A DNA stretch of 64,000 bases from Takakia lepidozioides (lineage: Eukaryota > Plantae > Bryophyta). This document shows, piece after piece, positions 38,489 to 51,471 of the stretch (position 1 is the first letter of the stretch; every line of letters starts with the position of its first letter). The position numbers and the translations under genes are program-made. The notes under the pieces are model-generated. The model was not told where the DNA came from and did no database searches. It worked only from the letters and a program-made list of their open reading frames with translations. The stretch spans positions 68,076,001 through 68,140,000 of the forward strand of contig CM060733.1 in the NCBI GenBank assembly GCA_030704615.1. The letters are read 5' to 3'.

Positions 38489-39277
38489 GGGTCTGTATTT
38501 TCCATGAACGATGAGCAGACGAGCCATGAGCCATGAGCAGAGTTTTCGAACCTACACCGAAGCTAACCCGAAGCCAGATTCCAAGTTCGGAATAGGCTTG
38601 GGATATAGCAAAGCTGAAGGACCAAAGTTATATTCCTAAATAGAAAGTGTACCACCTATACCCGCGCGGGCCAAACGGAAAATGTACAGCCGGAAGTCTG
38701 TGCTGACTTTTCAAAAAAAAAAAAAAAAATCGAAAATTGGGAAGCTGAAGTCTGTGCCGACTTCTCAAAAAATATTTTATATTAAAAAAAACTGAAAATT
38801 GGGAAGCCGGAAGTCTGTGCTGACTTCTCATATAATATAATATTTAAAAGTCTGTGCCGACTTCTCAAAATATAATATAAAACTCAAAATTAGGAAGCCG
38901 GAAGTCTGTGCCGACTTCTCAAATAATAATAATAATAATAATAATAATAATCTGGAAAATAGGCAGCCGGAAGTCTCTGCCGACTTCTCCAAAAAAAAAA
39001 AAAAAAAAAAAAACGGAAAGTAGGCAACCGGAAGTCTTTGCCAACTTCTCAAAAAAAAAGGTACCGACGCCCAAATAGGGGAATTCCCGAACCTAGCTTT
39101 GCATCCGAACCTAACCTGATTGTTCTATGATGAGGGAAAATCGTGCACTTGTAACACTAAAAAACAGGTTTGGATGGTCGAAAACCTGGAAATATTCGCA
39201 GAAATATGCAAAAAAATTCTGTTTTGTGGTTCTGCTCATGCTTTTTGGTGCTTACTGCTCATAGAAAAACAACCCCC
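38489..39277. mobile_element. Mutator-family MITE with an internal tandem repeat
   Basis: Termini GGGTCTGTATTTTCCATGA ... CATAGAAAAACAACCCCC and 9-bp TSD GTTTCCACC. About 7 copies of GAAGTCTGTGCCGACTTCTC at 38690-39050. Confidence 0.88.
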
Positions 39278-40833
39278 GTTTCCACCCAAAGGAGTGAAGT
39301 GTCTGTAAGGAAGCAGAGTCTGGTCAGAGTGTGATTAGAGGTTAGAAAACAAGGTGATTCCTGCATTTTCCCAAGGAGCCCATCTGCCAAAGCAAGCTAC
39401 CAGAGTCTCGTTGTCCGCACTGAAATTGCCAAAAAGGGGTTGCCTCTGCACTTCTTCTTTGATCACATGAGAAGATTGGATAAGGTGCTCCCGAATCTTG
39501 TGCCAGGCTTTCCAGATCGCCGCCCAAGCCTCCGACCCACAGGAAGCCTTGGAATTAGACTTACCTCCCTACATGAGCCAACGAAGAGAAGGCTTCCAGA
39601 GAGAAGAAGAGATAGGAATGGAGTTAGAAGTATAGTTGCGAAGCAGCCAAGACCAGTGGGCAAGGCCGGGGTTGAGAAGAGCTCAAGGGAGCCATTTAAC
39701 AAGAAGAGAGCGGTGACTTGCGATTCAAAGTCAAGAATACCAAGACCCCCATGCTTATTACTCATACAAAGCTGCTTCCAGTACTAGACCAGCAGAGCTC
39801 TACGATTATGGCCGATTGTGGGAGCCCCCCAAATAAAATTCTTGATGAGCTACCTGATTGCTTACAGAGCTGAGGGCCCGGGTCCCAGACAGAGGCAATG
39901 AACCAAGTGGAAGCCAGGAGGATTTGATTGGCCGTAAGAGCTCTTCTTGTAATTGTGAGTCATGCGGAGCTCCAGTAACAGAGCTTTGATTTAAGCTTAG
40001 CAATTACAGGGCTGAAACCTTGCTACCAAGTGAGCCATGTGCCCACCTGATGACCAAGGAAGATAAAGGCCTCACTGTCTCTGAGCCAGCGGATGCCCAA
40101 ATCCTCACCCCAACAGGGAGGGTGAGGGTTAGTTGTTGTTAAGACGGGAGAGCAGACCAACCATTTGGCTCCAGTTAACAGATAAGCCAGAGGCTGAGCA
40201 AAAAAACCTTACTACAATTGAGAGCAGCCTGGACAGGGGACATGGTATCATTCCTAAGAAACAAGACTGAATCATCAGCACACATGGAAGCTTTCAGGTG
40301 ACCCGCTGGCCCAAGATGGAGGTTTACTATTTCATGAGCCCATGAGCCCATGAGCCTATGAGCCCTCATGAGCGGGCATCCGCGGAATTGGAATTTTCGT
40401 GCCTTTATTGACGGTATTATGTCCTCATACCTCGATAATAGGGTCCGTTTCTCCTGGTCCAGGATGCGGAATGAGGTATTTCGGCACCGTTATTCCACGT
40501 CGCGACCGTAAAACATTGTGCAAGACAGGAAAGAGACACAAACTTGTAGCCCTCACAAGCCATTATGCTGACAGGGTAATATATTTAGGGTCAGACGACA
40601 GTTCAACTTGCAAACCCCATTCAACACAGCATCAACACCACATTGACATGACAGAAAATTGTCATACACACTCGAAATACAAACATCAGGAAACTACAAG
40701 TTTTTATTTTGTACAGCAACAACTCCGAGCTTCCATCATCAGAAATGGACCACTGCGGCATAAGAAACCTGTGGATCTACCATAACCCGAAGCCTGTGCC
40801 CTCCAATCACCCTCCACAATGATCCTTAACGCT

Positions 40834-41460
40834 CTATGCTGCTGCGTTGACATCCACAACACGAACCACCGAGTCGTCGAACCACAGGTTCAGAATTAGG
40901 AGTGGTGCGGTAGTCGTCCACTGCACATTGCCGTTTTCTGGATTAAGATGACACACATAAAGATACAAGATATCTATAGAGGTCACGTTCGTGAAAACAT
41001 GCAGATATTGGAGACCTCCTATTGGGACCTCCTCCACAGCGTCGTGAAATTTGCAAACATCCAGGACAAACCTGTTCCGATTCTCCCTTAGTGTCAACAA
41101 TATATTCCCTGGCCCAGAAGAGTGAGTGAGCAACTCAAGAGCCCTATCCGGGAGCAAATACTGTGGAGGTGCAGTACAGTTATGGTAGTAAGACCTCCAG
41201 AACTCGCCGCAGCAACATCTCATGATAAAGAGACGAACACTCCGTCTTCCAGGTCTATCTCGCACAACAAGTATCCACTATTGTCCACTGGCAGGCCTCA
41301 CCCAAAGAGAATCCCACAGAAGTGCTCGGAAACTCGTCACCCTGCGTGTACCTTCACTGAAGTCCAACTCCACCATAATGTCTCCCATCACCGGCACACG
41401 CAATCGCGAACCTCGAATCCCGCTCCGTCGAATGCAGAAGGCATTTACATAGGGCGGCAT
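40834..41460 (-). pseudogene. Unknown ~208-aa ORF (one internal stop) inside the MULE
   Basis: ORFs 41278-41460 and 40834-41265 are in the same frame, separated by one TAG. No recognised domain. Confidence 0.35.
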
Positions 41461-42389
41461 TGAGGAAGTGTGCGCCCACCGGGAATGGAGAGGGACAAGT
41501 AATCACTGTAGTGTTTCAACACGGAGATGCAAACATTGAAAACCCACTGCGGAACACCCTGTCACGTGATCTTCTCTGGGGCAACTGCAATACGTGCCCC
41601 CATTGGCCGGCAACAGCTATCCACACAGGCGATCGAAAATGACTGGTGCTAGAAGGGGCTAGACAGAGAAGGTGCCACGACATTACAGGAAGAAATTGTG
41701 TTAAAACCACCAGCGTCCTAAAACCACCGACCTTGGTATTTCGGCGCTGAAATTCCCAAGAGCAGTGTGTTAAACTGGTGTTTTGAAGACTTCCACCGGG
41801 GTATTTTGGCGCCGAAATTTTCTTTTGAAATGTGATATACTGGCATATTTTATGGCGTAGAGCGGGCTATTTCGGCGCCGAAATACCCAAGTAGAATGTG
41901 CTGAAGTGCCTTGTGCTGAAGGTTTCCATCGTGCTATTTCGGTGCAGTAATTCCTACGTGGAATTTTATAAGGCCCATATTATGAAGGCGCACACTAGGC
42001 CATTTCGGCGCCGAAATTCCCAATAGGAATGTTAGAAACGGCAATGTTTTCATGGCTTTTAGTTCGCGGTTCGCTGGTGTGCATAAATTACTTGTAGGGT
42101 TCTTTACTTTATTTTGCGTCTCTTCTGCTTTTATTATTACATTTGTGTTTGCGGAAGAAATGTTGGGAATCGGACATGCACAGTCTGAACACAATGATTT
42201 CAAAAATTGTCAATATTTTCATTAAGTGATTCAGAACTGTACAACAGAAGGATCCAAATGAGACTTTGCTATGGCAAGGATCCGCGATCACTGTCCAATG
42301 CATCCCGGCCTCATGCAAGGATGGCTGCCTTCCACCTGCCTCCGAACCTGCACTGGTACTACCGCTGTTACTCTGAGAAGCCATCCCCT

Positions 42390-45300
42390 AAAAAATACCA
42401 TCATCACCAGCTGGAACTGTCCACCTGGGTGCGGAACTGTCCTCATCATCCCCCTCGCTCTCAGACGCGGATTCTATGACGAACTTGCCTACTCTGCCTT
42501 TCACAATTCCATGTTTGGCCTCACACCTCATTATAATTCTCTGCTCCTTCCCGAATATCAATTGCTCGAACCGAGTAGGCCTATCCTCCCTCCTGATGGC
42601 TTCTCTGGCAGTCGTGTCTGCATAGGGTGGTAGAAAAAAGGGCTTATGGGGACTCGCAAAAAACGATTTTCTGGCAAAGAATGGCCGATGCGATTCTGTC
42701 TCCTCCTCTGCAACAGGGTCCGATTCGGGCAAGTCTCCCAGCATTTCCTCGTCGGACGACTCTGCAAGGCTGAGTGTATGCACAACAAGAAATGAAGCAC
42801 ATTAGAACATTCAAACAGGGAATCATCGGCAGGTTGCATGGTCCCTACAACCAAAACCACTTACTATGGTGCAACTCACTCGAAGACAGGCATTGCAGGA
42901 AGCGGCTTCGGGCGCCCCTGCATCGGACGAATTTCCTGGACTTCATCCTCCTCCTCTTCCTCCTCCCCTTCCACGTCCTATTCTGCGTTGTTGGGATCCT
43001 CAGTAGGAGGCAGACGCTGTAGGCCCGCCAAATTGAAATCGTACAAGGCCGTATCCCCCTCAAATGAGAACACAAATCGGTTCGACATCCTTCCCGCCCA
43101 CATACAGGCACCTGCGAATTCATACGACACAACCAAAGCCGAAGTCAAGAATGATTCGCTTCCTCACGCAAGCAAACAAAGACAATTGGAAACTGTGTCA
43201 ATTTCGGTGCCGCAATCACTGAACACTCTCACCTGTATTTGCAGTGACGTCGAGGACCCTGCCTTCAACATCCGTACACATTTCCATGAGCATCTGGATG
43301 AATGCAGGAATCCTGGTCCTGCCATACCTCCAAGGCTTGCCCGACAAATCACAAAGCATGTACGTTATACTCCAGTGGATCAACTGTGGAATCAACAAGT
43401 CTGCCTGCTTGATGTAATTTGAATTTTGAATGTTCCTTCACGAAGCAGAATGCCTGAAAGATAAGAGTCTGCAAAGAAGGAAAGGAGAACGTGAGAGGTG
43501 GCCTACACGTACATGGGCAATTTCGGCGCAAAAATTGGCAGAACAGAGGAAAACCGCAGCATATCTTCTGACCATCGTTGACAAGACCCTGCGTGTTGAT
43601 GCAAGTCCAAATCTTCTTCAGGATGGGTGCTGCACTTCTCCCCATCCATACTTTGATATCATTCTCAGTGACTTCTCCATCGGCTGCTAGCACAACAACA
43701 CAGCCGTCGTCGTCCAACATGTTGGCTGCGAACCCGAATGTGTGGCTCCAATATCTTTCGTCGTACTTGTTCCACCACGGTAGTGAGCCCAGCCCCAGTA
43801 TCTCCTGCCCATCCGGGATATCCACAAGGATCATGTCAATGGAGGCTTTCACCACCCTGCCCCCGACTGTGCTCTTTTTGCCGTGGCTCATCGCCACAAA
43901 ATACTCCATCATCTTTGTGTAGCCAGGAGTGTCCTCGATATCATTGCCAGTGGCCTTCCCCTTCCCTTTCCCCTGGTGGGCCTCGATCGCCTTCCTCAAT
44001 CTCGTTTTCTCCAGCCTTCTGGTCAGAGCAGTTAGGAAATTTTCATTAACACACTCCACAATTGTGGGTGTATTGAGGACTTCCCTGCCCGCAATGTGCA
44101 CCGCACGGTAGGGTCTGCCAGGTGCATCCTCGTATAGTGATCTCTTTGCAGCTGAACCCCTGGAGTGCTGGCCCTTGTGAATTTTCGGACGAGGTGTGGC
44201 CCCCTGAGTGTTATCCTGCTGGAAATCGTCGTCAGAATCCTCGTCATCTGGCTGACTATGTTGCTGCTTCTTCTTCTTGGGTGTGGGGCTCTTCGTCTCT
44301 TGCCCCTGTTTGCGCGTTCTTTTCTTCTTGTCCTTGGGCTGCTCAGCTGCCTGCTTCTCCATCTCCTTCACCAATGCTGCCGCCTTGGCTGACTTTCTCA
44401 GTGCTTTCTACTTTGTTGCCTCCTCTACTTTCAGTTTTTCCACGTCCTCTGGTTGGGGATCCAAATGTGCCTTCATAGCCCGGGCATTCGCTTCCTTCTT
44501 CAAGTTAACCTCCGAGGTCAACGGTCCCACTTGGGAATCCACATACCAGGGACAGTCTACCAAATGCTCGGCATGCCACTCCTTCGCCATTACTTCTGTG
44601 TACATCGTACCACGACCTCCAGGTGTCCTCCACGCCAGGAAGAATGGTGAACCTTTGAATGGCTCCGGACGGAATGAGAGCAAAATTTATGTACCTGCAA
44701 TCACGAGTCAGTTCAACAAAAATCATGTTACTGATGCATCATGCAAGAGGAAGTTCTGAATGCAGAAGGTATTTCGGCACCGAAATACGCAATGGACCGT
44801 GCCCCAATTACCCAACATTCATCTAAAAGAGGGATATTTTGGCGCCGCAACCCACCGCTGCTTGGCTAAATTCTCAAAACTACTAACTGCTGGGCAAATA
44901 GGGGGGATTATTGGCAACAGATTACCTGAGCAGGACTCACATTTCCGCTTTGTCGGCACCCTCCTGCTCTTCGATGTATACGCTGCGTCTTTCTTTTGCA
45001 ATTATCTGAAAATAGGTTTGCGAAGCGCCCTCGCCAGGACTGCACGTATTCTTCTCCATTGTCTCCGGTTTCGTTCAGCTCGATCTGTAACTTGAAAGTG
45101 GTGGTGTTGCAATCCATTGCTCCTGGGCGTGTGGGTCAGTACCTACAGCATTGCAGGTCTCCAAAACATTCATGAATTTGAAATTGCGATGATGTCCAAA
45201 CACAGAAGAGGAGGAAATTATATACTGATGCCACCAAGTCATCACATTGAGCCAGTCGTTCATTTTGTCCGTCTGTTGGCTCGATGGGAAAGTGGTACAA

Positions 45301-47410
45301 CAGCTTTGTGTTTGTAAGGCCGTGCCAGATTCGCAGCCACCTCGTCTGCATGGCCTAACATCGGTTAGACAAAAGAACCTCATCATGAGAATCGCGAGAA
45401 GACACAAAACAAAAACAAATACATGCTAACCTTCTCCGCCGCTCAACACAGGACACTGCGATGTGATGAAGTTCTCCCTGGACATTTCCGGTTCATGGGC
45501 TGGAGTAATGCGTCCTATCTCCACCAGGAACTCGGCACCAAGACCAGGGTCAGCGATTGCAACTTGCTTCACAAGTTTGGACCTGTACTTGGTCCGTGAT
45601 TGCCTCCCTGCCTGCACAATGTGACTCTCTATCGACGCGTCCGCCTGTTTGGGGGCATCACTCTCAAAGAACTGCCTTTTGGCATAGGCCAAGTCATCCC
45701 TGATGTTCATCTGCATTCCCATATCCAGCGGATACAGTCAGGCCACTAATCCCTGCAACAAATAGCATTAGATCGGGAATTTTGATTGAACCTCACCAAA
45801 TAGAGGATCTCCACCATGGCGTCCAGTGTTGGTCGGTACCAGTGCGATCCGCTTTCGCCAGGGACTTCCGGTACAGCTCGGATCGAGGGATTTTTGGAAG
45901 TCCGTCAGCGGTGCTATGCCCACTTCTTGCACTTTGTAGAGCGTATGTGCCAGGTGAGTTTCCATGAAGGCCCTCTCTGTTACCCTGCCATGGAGAAAAA
46001 AAAAAAAAAAAAAACAACATGAAAATATGATACAAAAATAACGAGATTTCGGCACAGCAATCCAATTTCCAGTTCATAGAGTAGATGACAGTCAAGAACA
46101 TTGCCTATTTTGGCGCCACAATAGGCACTACACAAGGATGTAGTAATTATACTTACAGATTTATATCCGCCATGGCACCCTTCAGCAGTCCTCTGTCCCT
46201 CACGTCCACCTTCACGACAATGCAGTCCACTATGTAATCCAATTGATTATCTTGCGGATGCATTTCAGCAATGTACTATGTCCAGGCAAGCATCCTGTGG
46301 TTCTCGTCCCAGACGAAGAACATCTTCCCTGCCATGTGTGCGAATGTGGGATTAGTCTTCAGAGAGGCTTCAAACTCGGCATTTACAATGTGCCAGTGGG
46401 GGCTCCAATTCTGAAGCTCCTCTGCAGTGGGGCCCCTTGTGATACCCTGGTCATTCTCAATGGAAACGTAGAATGCTGCCGACCCCCGTCTGTACCCCTC
46501 TCTGAAGTTGTGCTTCAGTCGGTCGATGTCCCCTGGCAGTGCTTGCCTTACAACTGGAAGGCTAACCATGCGACACAAATGAACTTTGAGGTTCTCCCGA
46601 TACACCATAAGAGCCAAAACGCGGCCTATGTTGCTATGAGTCTCTGCCAGCAACCTGTTTGCTGTTATGTTCATGTCTCGTGCGTTCATGAGCATACCCG
46701 CCACCAGTTTCTGACTTCTATCACCTCTCTCACTTCTCTCACCTCTCTCATCAGCCTGTCTATTATCCTGGAGGTTTTGCTCCTCCGCAAGCTCCACCAG
46801 GTTCTGATCTCCTGGGAAGTCGTCAAGTCGCACCACGTTGTCGTCTTCTGTCAGCTCAATGGGCCGCCCTTCTGCAGATCCAAGTCCGATATCTCCAGCG
46901 GCCTCCACCGCATCCATGTTTTTTGAAACTGCCTGCAAACCCAATATCTCGGCTTCCAGTCTCCCAAGTGGTTTTACAGGCAGCCAAAGCTGGGCTCCTT
47001 TTGCTTCCTCCTCGGCTTCTGGACTCTAGGTGGGCTTTTCTGAGACGATTTCTGAGGTGTTCTGTGAGGAGTCGCCTGCCTCGATGCACTTCCAACTTGC
47101 GAGCGCAGCACCCGAGCAGGAGTATCCAAAGTTGACTGTGTTTGCTCGCCCTCCTGCGATCCCTCCCTAGCTCCCATGTCAAACAACAGGAAACCATGGC
47201 ACACTGCACGCAAAAAAAAAGGTGTAAAAAGAATAGTGCGTATGGAGTGCTTCACTTGTGGGCGATCCGAGTCTCCGGATAACAAGGTCTGCATTTCCTG
47301 CATGAGACGGAGCTTCAGTCGTGTCGTCGGCAGCTTCCCAAAATCTCGCGTCCTCCTTTTCTTCGCCGGAGTCGCCTGACCTTCCACAAACTCTATGCTA
47401 TCACTATGCT
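42390..47410 (-). pseudogene. Multi-exon cargo gene: ParB/Srx-like domain plus beta-class N4C/N6A DNA methyltransferase-like domain
   Basis: VVRQ....DI..LK..F...MFFVWDENHRMLAW (46282-46311; ParB DGxHR-like). IDMILVDIP (43814-43840; motif IV-like) and ML..DG.VVV. Then FIQMLMEMCTDVEGRVLDVTANTG, a GT-AG intron at 43232-43112, and ACMWAGRMSNRFVFSFEGD (motifs X-I-II). Stops and frameshifts present. Confidence 0.7.
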
Positions 47411-48371
47411 GCATAAGGAGAGGAAACGCAGGAGAATGTCACCGCAGAAGGGCAAGAGAGCAAGAGAGCGAAGCGGTGGAACAAGCAACCACTGTGCACG
47501 AGCAGATGCGCAAGCAGCCACGTCTCCCCAAATGTTGTCACCGTCCACCACTTTCCGCCGTATGGGTGATGAAGAGATTGCGACCCTTACACAGTTCGGA
47601 CGGATGAAGTCCCTTGGAACACGACGCGTGCCTGTTCAAGCCACCATTAGAAGACGCTTTATCCGAATTGCGGCACCGAAATACCGTTCCGTTCACCGGA
47701 TGTTGTTCCCGAAGCAGCCGGCATTGAATGCACTATCCGCACATCATGAACCAAACCGCCATGAAATCAAACCGCCAACCGACATTAAACAGTCAGGTCG
47801 GCACGTTTCATCAGCGGACGGATGAATTTCGGCGCCGAAATTCATCATATGCAAGTGCTTTCATACAAAAACATATGAATTCCGGCGCCGAAATTCATCG
47901 CTTCCCCAGTCCTCATCCGTCATGAGCACACCTGTCAGTCGGATATCAGATCCGGAATTAATTCCGGAACTGTGCAGAACGCTGCACTGGGGCACATTTC
48001 ATCCATATTTCGGCGCCAAAATTCATTAATAATATCTCCATCCGCGAGCAAACGAGCTGAAATCATCCATATTTCGGCGCCGAAATACATCCAGCCCGAA
48101 CAGTAAACCGGCACCATGCCACGCTTTGCTGCCATCAATGCCCCTCACGGTTGCTGTCCATGCCTGTTTGACGTGCCATGTCTCGACTGTTAAGTATAAT
48201 TTCGGCGCCGAAATTATACTTTATTTGCGGCAACCGCCTGTACGAGAAATGACCATGTAATGTATACAGTCAGTTTCAAATAAAAACAACGGCTAAAATG
48301 CAATTAAATTTTCCCTAACCTGAGAAAATATCCCCTTACGTCATTGGATAACGGCCTTTTGAAAGACATAA

Positions 48372-50698
48372 TGTCGCGCACCTCACTTCGGTAAGCTCCC
48401 CTTCAAGTCATAGTTACTCGCTTTGATGCGCGCGCCTGACTCCCAACCTGGCCGCCGGGCCAACTTGGAGCTTTGGCTGCTCACCGGGGCATAACGGTCC
48501 CCCTTTGTTCTCCCAAAGAACCCTCCACACCGATTTGGAACCAGCGGGAATTCCCTTTGGTAGTTGGCAGTCCCGGAACAGCTCCCCACTCTTTGGTCGC
48601 TTTTTCGGCTCGCTCGCTACTCACTAGTTTTTGGTCACCAACGGGCTTGCACCGTTCTCGGGGTTACTACTCCTATATATATACTTCTGTAGCTGTCCGC
48701 GGGGGTTTCACAACCAGCCATGCCATTTTATGGCGAACCACCACGAAGACCCTCGATTCCCGGTGGTGAGTCGCGGTGAGTCTTGGCCCACTCACCGCGG
48801 CCCCAATGGACCGTGACGAGTCCCAAGACTCCCCACGACTCCCACCTCGAGGTCTCCACCCCATGGTGAGTCCTATGCCACCCCACTAAGTCCCGCTAAG
48901 CTACCACCACCCCTTGTGGAGCCACCCCCCCGCAACCCGGTGTGCGGGGCTCCACCTAGTGAGCGCCTCCGCCCCTTGAGTGCCTTGGGCACTCAAGGGT
49001 GCTTCAGCCCCCGTACCTATCGCTGCTACTGCCCCCCACCACAGGGGCAGCCCCTCTTGTGTCCCGACCCCCCCTGCCCTCAAGGCAAAGGGCCGCGACA
49101 CACACCCCTACCAATAGAGAGTCGATGTCCTCATCGACTTGTCCATTTTGTAGAAACGAACATCCAAGTTGTGGTGTCCCACATCAAGGAGTTTGTTTCC
49201 GTACCATGGCGACCCATGGCAAAGAACCAAACCCCACACTTGACTCTACTCTCCACTAGCTAGTTCGGCCGACTTCCTCCAAGTCCCGGCCAGAGTGGAG
49301 CCTCTCAAGCTCCTCCCAGTGCACTCTTCTTGGCCTACTTCAAGGCCAAGGAACGATCCTCCCCGAGGATCGAATCGCCTTACTGCAACAACATTGCTTG
49401 CGACCGCTCATGATGCCGCTTTTGGCATCACCTTGAGCAAGGGTTCCTGGAACCCTCTTTGACTAGGAGGATAACCTTGAACCAACCGTGCGCCCCAATC
49501 ATACAATTGGGTCCGCCTTGGAATGCTGGCCTGAGGTACGGGAACACGCCGAAGCCGCACTACGACTTCGTCCCCGGGCTCCCCGCAATTGAAACACACT
49601 CCATCAAAGGTCGCCTTCTGTCCGCCATAAGCCGCTCCACCCGCTTTTCCTTTCGAAGCAACCGGGTGCCGCCTTGACGTGTGAAGGCCCTCCCTTCGAT
49701 TTCCACGTGCCATTGTCGCCGCGTGGCCTATCCCACTTCTTTTTCCGGTCGGAAGGAGTCACCTTCCCGCCGGTCTTCTTGTGGTTCAGCTCCGTACGGC
49801 CTTGTCTCTCACCCCTAGGGACATCCGAGAAACATTCAGCCTCTCAATTGCCTCGTTCAAAGTCTTGGTGGCTTCTCCTCCAACTTCCGCCTGGCCCATG
49901 GGGCCAGCCCCGCACAAGTTGAAGACCATTTCTGGTTCTGCCATGTTTGCGACTTCGAGCAACAGCACATTGAAAGCCTGGACATACCCCCGAATGTCAT
50001 CTGTTTGCTTCAAATTCCTCATCTTGTCCCGGGCAAGCCAAGATGCGTTGAGGGGCACAAACTGTCTCTTCATCAATTCCTTGAACCCACTCCAGTTCAA
50101 GGTTTCCGGGCTTGGGCCTCGTCGTGAAGGCGTTTCTGCCACCATTGTTGAGCATAGCCCCTCAAATAGGTGGGAGCCACTTCCACCCAATCCTCGTCAC
50201 TCAACTTGGCCGCCCGGAAGTACTGCTCTAGCTCCAGGAGCCAGGTGTTGAGTGCCTTCCGATTTTGGACGCCCTCGAAGGTGCCGGGTTCCTTAGGCTT
50301 CACCTTAAACTTAGCCATGCCATTTTATGGCGAACCACCACGAAGACCCTCGATTCCCGGTGGTGAGTCGCGGTGAGTCTTGGCCCACTCACCGCGGCCC
50401 CAATGGACCGTGACGAGTCCCAAGACTCCCCACGACTCCCACCTCGAGGTCTCCACCCCATGGTGAGTCCTATGCCACCCCCACTAAGTCCCGCTAAGCT
50501 ACCACCACCCCTTGTGGAGCCACCCCACCGCAACCCGGTGTGCGGGGCTCCACCTAGTGAGCGCCTCCGCCTCCTTGAGTGCCTTGGGCACTCAAGGGTG
50601 CTTCAGCCCCCGTGCCTTTCGCTGCTACTGCCCCCACCACAGGGGCAGCCCCTCTTGTGTCCCGACCCCCCCTGCCCTCAAGGCAAAGGGCCGCGACA
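48372..50698 (-). mobile_element. Gag-only, internally deleted LTR retrotransposon inserted in the MULE
   Basis: TSD CATAA. Complete 3' LTR 48372-49100, with PPT-like GGTAGGGGTGTG at 49101-49112. Gag with CFNCG knuckle at ~49260-50312. Truncated 5' LTR 50314-50698 is fused directly into gag. Confidence 0.92.
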
Positions 50699-51471
50699 CA
50701 TAAGGGGTTAAATGTGCCGACTTCTCCATTTAATGCAGAATATTCGTGTTTCTCTGTCTGAATGGGTTAGTTCATATGAATCTCGGAACCTTACATCATC
50801 CAGAAGCAAGAAGTAAGTGTCGGGTTCGGATGAATTTTGGCGCCGAAATTCATCGGTCGCAAGGAAAAAAAAAATTGAAGGGAGGACTTCGGATGAATTT
50901 TGGCGCCGAAATTCATCCCTACTGTCTATTCAGGGTTATTGTCATCCCGATTTCACCAAAGAAATCCTTACACGTACTGAATCATGACTCTAATCACGAA
51001 CACATTCATCCATATTTTGGCGCCAAAATTCATCCTTTATGTGCAGAAACAATTTCATGAAGAACATGTTCATCCGAATTTCGACACCGAAATCCATCCG
51101 TAGGCTGCTAGCTCAGTTTCATGAGGTGAACTAATTCCAAATTCTGTCGCTGGAATTCATTCCGTGGCTTCCAAATCTGTTACATGACAGAGATGTTCAT
51201 CCGGATTTCGGTGCCGAAATTCATGAGAAGACCTGATTTATTGTAGCCCAACTGGTGGTACATCACAATTCAGGCACCCAATTTCCGATGTGAATTTGCT
51301 GTGGTCGTCTGTATTTGTCACATATGTTACACACCTCCATCCATACGTGCACTGATCACCCATCCTGTTGGATACAGAATCCTCCAGAAAATTATTGTGG
51401 TATTATGTAGGACACACTCTTCTCATTGCAGGACTTCGCTGCGGAGCCTACCGAAAGTTGTTGTCTTCAAC

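Larger units (their letters stand above)
36590..40318 (-). mobile_element. Degenerate L1-type LINE ORF2 3' half, interrupted by two MITEs and cut at its RT by the large MULE
   Basis: CADD at ~40275 (YADD equivalent), FLGHQVG, KLCYW...ANQILLASTWF, AWKQLC....GGLGILD, and LPFDPGEWRW...FFAYSAKLGY. Confidence 0.8.

Noticed and set aside
38690-39050. Regularly spaced GAAGTCTGTGCCGACTTCTC repeats, CRISPR-like
   Set aside because: Spacers are A/AAT microsatellites and the array lies inside a MITE with a 9-bp TSD.
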